Assembly (NCBI GenBank): GCA_016839055.1
Contig: JAEKNX010000002.1
Location: forward strand, 377,451 to 441,450
Reading direction: 5' to 3'
DNA length: 64,000 nt
Source: Spirochaetales bacterium
GTDB lineage: Bacteria; Spirochaetota; Spirochaetia; UBA9216
Part shown: positions 58,249 through 64,000 of the stretch, piece by piece
Layout of the letters: every line of letters starts with the position of its first letter
How positions within the stretch are numbered: the first letter of the stretch is position 1
The notes under the pieces: generated by a model
Seen by the model: only the letters and a program-made list of their open reading frames with translations
Database searches by the model: none
Told to the model about the DNA's origin: nothing
Program-made: the position numbers and the translations under genes

Positions 58249-60965
58249 TACCGGCCTGATTTCTCCACTTTAACGGCACAGACCTTGAGCTCGGGGATCT
58301 TCGCAATTGGATCGAGGGCGGCGATGGTCAGGGCGTTAGCCGGGTGTTCATGAAAATGAAAAGCCATGAATACTGTACCTTCTGGTACCCTATTTGTGAT
58401 GTTGGCCTTCACTTCAATTTTACCCCGGCGTGATGATACGATGAGCAAATCTCCGCTTTTAACACCGAGGCGGCCTGCGTCGGACTCGCTGATTTCCAGT
58501 GCCCCCTGAGGAACGAGATCGTCGAGTACTCTGCATTTTCGGGTCATTGTGCCGGTATGCCAATGCTCGAGCATTCTGCCGGTAGTGAGGATAATGGGAT
58601 ACTCGCTGTCGGGCATCTCCCGGGGCGGAAGAAACTCAACCAGATGGAATTTACCAAGGCCCCTGGCAAAGCTGTCTTTATGCAGGTATTGGGTTCCCCC
58701 GTGGCTAACATCCGGACAGGGCCACTGCAGTCCTGTCTTCTCGAGGCGCGGATAGGTAATTCCGGCATAGCTCGGTGTGAGCCGGCATATTTCCTCCTGA
58801 ATCTCCTCTGCACTTCGGTAATTCATTGAATAACCCATTTTTTCAGCAAGATTACCTATGATTCTCCAGTCTTCCAGGGCCTCACCCGGAGGCTCTACGG
58901 CCTTGCGTACACGCTGAACCCGCCGCTCGGTATTTGTAAAGGTTCCGTTCTTCTCGGCAAAGCAGCAGGCGGGCAGGACTATATCGGCCAGACGGGCTGT
59001 CTCTGAGAGAAAGATATCCTGCACAAGGAGGAAATCGAGGTTTTCAAGTCCCTTTTGTACATGGTTAATATCGGGATCGCTTAGCATCGGGTTCTCGCCC
59101 ATGATGTAGAGTCCCCGAATTTCCCCAACGGCCGCGGCGTTCATTATTTCGACTACAGTCAGTCCGGGAACCGCTGGGAGCGCACAACCCCAGGCCGCCT
59201 CAAACTTGCCTCTTGCCGCCGGATCATCCACCTTCTGGTAGCCTGAATAAACATTCGGCAGCGCCCCGAGGTCACAGGCACCCTGAACGTTGTTCTGCCC
59301 GCGCAGGGGATTCACTCCGGAGGCTTCTTTACCTACATTGCCGCTCATCATGGCAAGGTTGGCAAGGGCCATAACATTGTCGGTTCCACTTGTGTGCTGG
59401 GTTATTCCCATAGAGTAGATGATTGAAGCCGATTCAGCCCCGGCATAAACTCTGGCTGCCCGGCGTATAGCCTCAGCGGGAACACCGGTGATTTTCTCAG
59501 CAAACTCGGGGGTGTTTTTCATTATCGAGTCATGGATTTCCTCGAATCCTTCAGTGCGTTCGGCTATGAAGCGGCTGTCTTCAAGCCCCTCACTAAGGAT
59601 GACGTTCATAAGGGCATTGATCAGCGCTACATCGGTTCCCGGTCTCTGGCGCAGATGGATATCGGCAATTCCTGCCAGAGAGATTCGGCGGGGATCGGCT
59701 ACTATAAGCTTTGTTTTGTCCCCGGCGACAGCCTTTCGGATATTTATGCCGATTATTGGATGACATTCGGTTGTGTTGGAACCGATGACGAAGATGACCG
59801 GAGCCCTTCCAATTTCAGCTATGCTGTTTGTCATGGCGCCGCTGCCGAAGGCCCGCGCCAGCCCCGCAACTGTGGAGGCATGACACAGCCGGGCGCAGTG
59901 GTCGACATTATTAGTGCCAAGCACCGCTCGGACGAATTTCTGCATTACGAAATTTTCTTCGTTCGTGGTCCGGGCAGATGAGAGTCCGGCTAGGGCCTGC
60001 GGCCCGTATTTATCTTTGAGCCCGGTAAGCCGCCTGGCTGCCAGGGAAAGGGCTTCGTCCCAGGAGGCTTCCCGGAAAATGCCCTCTTCCTTGATGAGGG
60101 GAACCCGGAGGCGTTCTTCGCTGCTAATGAAATCGAAACCGAATCGTCCCTTGACGCAGGTGTTGCCGTCGTTCGGAATGACCCCTGTTTCACTCGTTAC
60201 CCTGACGATTTTGCCCGTCCTGCGGTGGACGTTCAAATCGAGCTGACAGCCGACTCCGCAGTAGTTACAGGTGGTACGGACTTTCCGGAGGTCTTTGGCC
60301 CGTGCCAGCCTGCGGGCGGGATATTCATACAGGGCTCCGGTTGGACAGGTGCTGACGCACTGGCCGCAGGTTTCGCATGGAGATTCCTTAAGCGGTAAAT
60401 CCAGGCCTGTGCTGATTATCACATCCGCTGTGCGGCCCCTGATAGTGAGGGCTTCGGCTCCCTGTACTTCGCGGCAGATTTTAACACAACGCTGGCAGCT
60501 GATGCATTTTGACGGATCGTATTTAATCGCGAGATTATAGCTGGTATAGTTAAAATCCCTGATCTTTCGATGCAGGAAGGGGTAGCGGTTTTCATTTACC
60601 TGGTACTGGTAGGCGTAATCCTGTAGCAGGCAGTCTCCATCACTGTCACAGGTTGTGCAGGAAAGGCGGTGTTCGCTGATCAGCAGTTCCAGGGTCGCTC
60701 TGCGCATGGACATAATTTCCTTTGTCGCTGTACGGATAACCATCCCGTCTTCGGCTTCCCTTGTGCAGGCTGTCTGAAGGCCCCTCTGGCCTTCAATTTC
60801 CACGAGACAGAGGCGGCAGGCGCCTGTTGGGGTGAGCCTGTCATCATGGCAGAGGTGAGGGATGTCTACACCATTCTCCCCGGCTATTTCCAGAATGGTT
60901 CGGCCGGACCGGCAATTAACCTTTCGTCCGTCCAATGTAATTTTAACTTCTGCCATAAGCGACAT
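58248..60965 (-). CDS. fdhF: Mo/W formate dehydrogenase alpha subunit (Cys form) with NuoG-like N-terminal FeS domain
   Basis: TCNYCGVGC, DHCARLCH (TGT Cys, no Sec), PLRGQNNVQG and TNTERR motifs; N-terminal HRLSCTTC..C. Confidence 0.95.
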   Translation of the reverse strand: MSLMAEVKITLDGRKVNCRSGRTILEIAGENGVDIPHLCHDDRLTPTGACRLCLVEIEGQRGLQTACTREAEDGMVIRTATKEIMSMRRATLELLISEHRLSCTTCDSDGDCLLQDYAYQYQVNENRYPFLHRKIRDFNYTSYNLAIKYDPSKCISCQRCVKICREVQGAEALTIRGRTADVIISTGLDLPLKESPCETCGQCVSTCPTGALYEYPARRLARAKDLRKVRTTCNYCGVGCQLDLNVHRRTGKIVRVTSETGVIPNDGNTCVKGRFGFDFISSEERLRVPLIKEEGIFREASWDEALSLAARRLTGLKDKYGPQALAGLSSARTTNEENFVMQKFVRAVLGTNNVDHCARLCHASTVAGLARAFGSGAMTNSIAEIGRAPVIFVIGSNTTECHPIIGINIRKAVAGDKTKLIVADPRRISLAGIADIHLRQRPGTDVALINALMNVILSEGLEDSRFIAERTEGFEEIHDSIMKNTPEFAEKITGVPAEAIRRAARVYAGAESASIIYSMGITQHTSGTDNVMALANLAMMSGNVGKEASGVNPLRGQNNVQGACDLGALPNVYSGYQKVDDPAARGKFEAAWGCALPAVPGLTVVEIMNAAAVGEIRGLYIMGENPMLSDPDINHVQKGLENLDFLLVQDIFLSETARLADIVLPACCFAEKNGTFTNTERRVQRVRKAVEPPGEALEDWRIIGNLAEKMGYSMNYRSAEEIQEEICRLTPSYAGITYPRLEKTGLQWPCPDVSHGGTQYLHKDSFARGLGKFHLVEFLPPREMPDSEYPIILTTGRMLEHWHTGTMTRKCRVLDDLVPQGALEISESDAGRLGVKSGDLLIVSSRRGKIEVKANITNRVPEGTVFMAFHFHEHPANALTIAALDPIAKIPELKVCAVKVEKSGR

Positions 60966-60979
60966 CCTTAAACAAAAAT

Positions 60980-62845
60980 CTATTTGACGGCCACTGCGTC
61001 AAAGGGGCAGACATCCATGCATTCGCCGCAGCGGATGCAAAGGGCCGGATTGATAATATGAGGTGTTTTTTTCTCCCCCCTGATTGCGTCAACGCTACAG
61101 ACCTTGATGCATTTCCCACAGGCCCGGCAGGCCTCGGCGATAATGGAATACTCGATCAGATTTTTGCAGACACCGGCGGGGCATCGGCCGTCGTTGATAT
61201 GGGCTTCATACTCTTTTCTAAAATATCTGATTGTAGTAAGAACCGGGTTGGGGGCGGTTTGACCGAGTCCGCAGAGCGATCCTTTTTTTACTACCCCGGA
61301 TAGATCCTCAAGCTTTTTAATATCTCCCGGCCGGCCCCGGCCGCTGCAGATATCCGTCAAGAGGTTTACCATATGTTGAGTGCCAACCCTGCAGGGAACA
61401 CATTTGCCGCAGGACTCCTTCTGCACGAAATCGAGGAAAAACCGCGCCATATCGACCATGCAGGTGCGATCATCCATGACTATCAGTCCTCCGGAGCCTA
61501 TGATAGCTCCGAGTTCCTTCACAGACTCGTAGTCGAGAGGCAGATCGAGAAATTCATCAGGAATACAGCCTCCTGAGGGGCCGCCTATTTGGGCTGCCTT
61601 GAACGTCCTTCCGCCTGGAATACCGCCGCCGATGTCAAAGACTATTCGGCGCAGCGTAGCTCCAAGCGGAACTTCCACCAGTCCGGTATTGATAACCTTT
61701 CCGGCCAGTGCGAAGATCTTGGTTCCTCTGCCGTCCGGGGTTCCTATGGCGGAAAACCAGGTCTTTCCCTTTTCGATTATGAGGGGCACGTTAGCAAGGG
61801 TTTCCACATTGTTGATATTGGTGGGCATTCCCTTGAATCCCTTTACTGCTGGAAACGGGGGCCGGGGACTGGGCATTCCCCGTTCACCCTCGAGGGAAGC
61901 TATCAGCGCTGTCTCTTCCCCGCAGACAAAGGCGCCGGCTCCCATGCGGATCTCAATGTCGAAACTGAAACCGGAACCGAAAATATTTTTCCCAAGAAGG
62001 CCGCAGGCGCGGGCCTGCTCGGATGCAATTGTTATATGTTCTACGGCGATAGGGTATTCCGCTCTGACATAGATGAAGCCCCGGGAAGCACCAATGGCAA
62101 ATGCCGCGATGATCATGCCTTCGATAATTTGATGAGGGTTTCCCTCAAGCAGGGCCCTGTCCATAAAAGCACCCGGGTCGCCTTCATCAGCGTTACAGAT
62201 TAAATATTTCTGCTCACCTTCTGCCCGGCGGCAGAATCGCCATTTCTGCCCTGTCAGAAATCCGGCTCCGCCCCGGCCCCTGAGTCCGGAATTTAAGACC
62301 TCATCAATTATTTCCTCCGGGGACATCTTCGTCAGTGCCCGGGCCGCGGCCTGATAAGCACCGGCAGCCACTGCCGATTCCAGCTTCCTGGGATCAACCC
62401 TTCCGCAGTTTTTGAGAACTTCTTTGCTCTGATGCTGGAAAAAAGGAAGCTCATCCGGATCGGCTGTGGTATTTCCATCCGCGTCGGCGCAGAGTCTTGC
62501 CACCGGGAGGCCCCCTTTGAGGGTTTTCTCGATGATTTCATCCACGTCATCGGGGCTGACGCCACCATAGAGAAAATGTTCCGGCTCGATAAGAAGGACA
62601 GGGGCACGGGAACATTGGCCGTGACAGCCTGTTTCGATGATCTCAAATTCCTCTTCGAGCCCGGCCATGCGGAGTTTTTCATGAAATGCCTTTCCTACTT
62701 CTTCTGCTCCGAGGGCCCGGCATCCTGTCATGCAGAGCAGAATCTGCTTCCGGGAAACTTTTTCTGCCGTAATTCGTTTTCTGAAAATCTCCAGATCATC
62801 AGGATAGGCAATAACAGGATAGGTCATCGTTTCTTCCTTATTCAT
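60980..62845 (-). CDS. nuoF: NuoF/HydB-like NADH-binding subunit (Fdh-associated)
   Basis: NADEGDPGAFMDR, CGEETAL, PRPPFP, GGPSGG and C-terminal 2x4Fe-4S. Confidence 0.94.
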   Translation of the reverse strand: MNKEETMTYPVIAYPDDLEIFRKRITAEKVSRKQILLCMTGCRALGAEEVGKAFHEKLRMAGLEEEFEIIETGCHGQCSRAPVLLIEPEHFLYGGVSPDDVDEIIEKTLKGGLPVARLCADADGNTTADPDELPFFQHQSKEVLKNCGRVDPRKLESAVAAGAYQAAARALTKMSPEEIIDEVLNSGLRGRGGAGFLTGQKWRFCRRAEGEQKYLICNADEGDPGAFMDRALLEGNPHQIIEGMIIAAFAIGASRGFIYVRAEYPIAVEHITIASEQARACGLLGKNIFGSGFSFDIEIRMGAGAFVCGEETALIASLEGERGMPSPRPPFPAVKGFKGMPTNINNVETLANVPLIIEKGKTWFSAIGTPDGRGTKIFALAGKVINTGLVEVPLGATLRRIVFDIGGGIPGGRTFKAAQIGGPSGGCIPDEFLDLPLDYESVKELGAIIGSGGLIVMDDRTCMVDMARFFLDFVQKESCGKCVPCRVGTQHMVNLLTDICSGRGRPGDIKKLEDLSGVVKKGSLCGLGQTAPNPVLTTIRYFRKEYEAHINDGRCPAGVCKNLIEYSIIAEACRACGKCIKVCSVDAIRGEKKTPHIINPALCIRCGECMDVCPFDAVAVK

Positions 62846-63317
62846 ATTTTTCCAGAATAGATTTGATTTTGTCCGGCTTAAGCTGTCCGTAATAGTCCTC
62901 GTCCACCATCATGACAGGGGCAAGAAAACAAGTACCCATGCAGGCGACAATTTCGAAGGTAAAGCGCATATCCTTCGTCGTCGCCCCCGGTTCTATCTCC
63001 AGTTCTTTGCTTATACGTTCGCTGATGCGTGGACTTCCTTTGACATGGCAGGCCGTTCCTTCGCAGATGCGGACAGTATGCCGGCCATGGGGTTTTGTGT
63101 GAAATTGGGTATAGAAGGTAATAACACCATGCATGCGGCTTGTGGGAATTCCTGTTTGCCCGCTGACCCATTTCAGGACGGGAACTGGAAGGTAGCCGTA
63201 AGCTTCCTGGAGTTTTTGCAGAATAGGGATCAGGCTGTCAGGTTCTGTGTTTTTCATTTCGGATAAGATTTTTTCAGCTGGCCCGAGATCAATCGCGGGC
63301 GATTGGGTTTTCGGCAT
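62838..63317 (-). CDS. nuoE: NuoE/HydC-like 2Fe-2S subunit (Fdh-associated)
   Basis: ICEGTACHVKG and CMGTCFLAP motifs; SD AAGGAG. Confidence 0.93.
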   Translation of the reverse strand: MPKTQSPAIDLGPAEKILSEMKNTEPDSLIPILQKLQEAYGYLPVPVLKWVSGQTGIPTSRMHGVITFYTQFHTKPHGRHTVRICEGTACHVKGSPRISERISKELEIEPGATTKDMRFTFEIVACMGTCFLAPVMMVDEDYYGQLKPDKIKSILEKYE

Positions 63318-63415
63318 AAGAGTAATTACTCCTTATCGATAATAATAATCGAAGTTGGCCGGGAAGTGTTGGAAAAAAAATAGAAAATTGAGAAAATTTG
63401 AAATAGAAGTAAGTT

Positions 63416-63461
63416 ATAGCTGTTTCACTTGTTTGCAGTGAGAAACAAGTGAAACAGCTAT
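63416..63461. repeat. Perfect 19-bp inverted repeat with 8-nt loop
   Basis: ATAGCTGTTTCACTTGTTT-gcagtgag-AAACAAGTGAAACAGCTAT. Confidence 0.85.
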
Positions 63462-63494
63462 GATTTTTATCGATCCTTCAGGTGCAGAATGTTA

Positions 63495-63998
63495 CTAAAG
63501 TATAAATTTTTGAGTATGTCCTACAACGATCTCGATGTGATCCTGGTTTTTATGAACCAATTCGTTGACATTCTCCACCGCCTGATTGATCTCTCTGGTG
63601 CCTGAGCGAATCTCTTCGATGGCATTTTTAACTTCCGCGGATATCTGATTGAGGGCGCTTACGGCACCGATAACCTTATGGCTGCCTTCAGACATCTCTT
63701 TTGAGCTTCGTTCAACCGTTCCGGTAACCTCGTTCATGTTTTGGAGAGCTGTTAATATTTCCCGTCCGCCGCTGTTCTGTTCAATCATCGCGGAACTTAT
63801 TTCAAGGATTATCCTGTTCACCTCTACTACCCTGTCGGTAATCTTATCGAAAGAGGTCAGGGTGATTCCTGAGTGGGTGACCATCTCGTGAATGAGGCCG
63901 GTAATCTCCTTGAGATCGAGTTTAACCTGCTTGGACTGAAGGCTTGACTGCTCCGCCAGTTTTCGAATTTCATCGGAAACTACGGCAAAGCCCTTTCC
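63495..63998 (-). CDS. Methyl-accepting chemotaxis protein, C-terminal part (5'-truncated by the window edge)
   Basis: Frame is open from the window end: GKGFAVVSDEIRKLAEQS signalling hairpin, then EQNSGGREI. Confidence 0.93.
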   Translation of the reverse strand, partial: GKGFAVVSDEIRKLAEQSSLQSKQVKLDLKEITGLIHEMVTHSGITLTSFDKITDRVVEVNRIILEISSAMIEQNSGGREILTALQNMNEVTGTVERSSKEMSEGSHKVIGAVSALNQISAEVKNAIEEIRSGTREINQAVENVNELVHKNQDHIEIVVGHTQKFIL

Positions 63999-64000
63999 CG

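Noticed and set aside
59875-59900. Selenocysteine in the Fdh active site
   Set aside because: The codon is TGT (Cys) and the ORF is uninterrupted.
50818-63317. Respiratory complex I or [FeFe]-hydrogenase calls for the nuoE/nuoF/nuoG-like genes
   Set aside because: There are no membrane Nuo subunits and no H-cluster motifs; the context is CODH and Fdh.
1-64000. CRISPR arrays, tRNA/rRNA genes, transposases, prophage genes and the many long antisense ORFs
   Set aside because: No regularly spaced repeats, cloverleaf or rRNA signatures, or mobile-element proteins were seen by eye. The antisense ORFs lie wholly within well-supported genes.

Overview
Gene-dense 64-kb chromosomal window, most likely from an anaerobic, free-living member of the Spirochaetota. 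This assignment is inferred from the long PPi-PFK, the C-terminally extended AckA, the tandem cNMP/TPR Crp-like protein and the ECF-sigma/IPT-transglutaminase cluster. Bases 1-40,200 are mostly housekeeping: an ArsR/ArsP-type unit, pfp, manA, asnS, arcA, DAHP synthase, two ackA, mgtE, murB, cysS, valS, a K+ channel and uraA. Bases 40,490-63,320 are a C1-metabolism region with three parts: (1) a tightly coupled operon cooS-cooF-nuoE-nuoF-'hydA without H-cluster'-acsB-acsC-acsV-cooC-acsD-acsE; (2) a second cooC and two DUF3786 genes; (3) an nuoE-nuoF-fdhF-mobA operon. Main observations: a HydABC/Bfu-type flavin module is inserted inside the CODH/ACS operon, and its NuoF carries substitutions (CGEE->CGES, KPPF->KHIH) that suggest NADP(H) use, whereas the Fdh-linked NuoF is canonical. 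A metF(-metV) remnant with two nonsense codons and an apparent large internal deletion lies between the two operons and is absent from the ORF track. Two unlisted small ORFs have their own expression signals, one resembling a secreted-peptide precursor. Several genes appear leaderless. No rRNA, tRNA, CRISPR array or intact transposase was seen. All family assignments come from motif recognition, not database searches.
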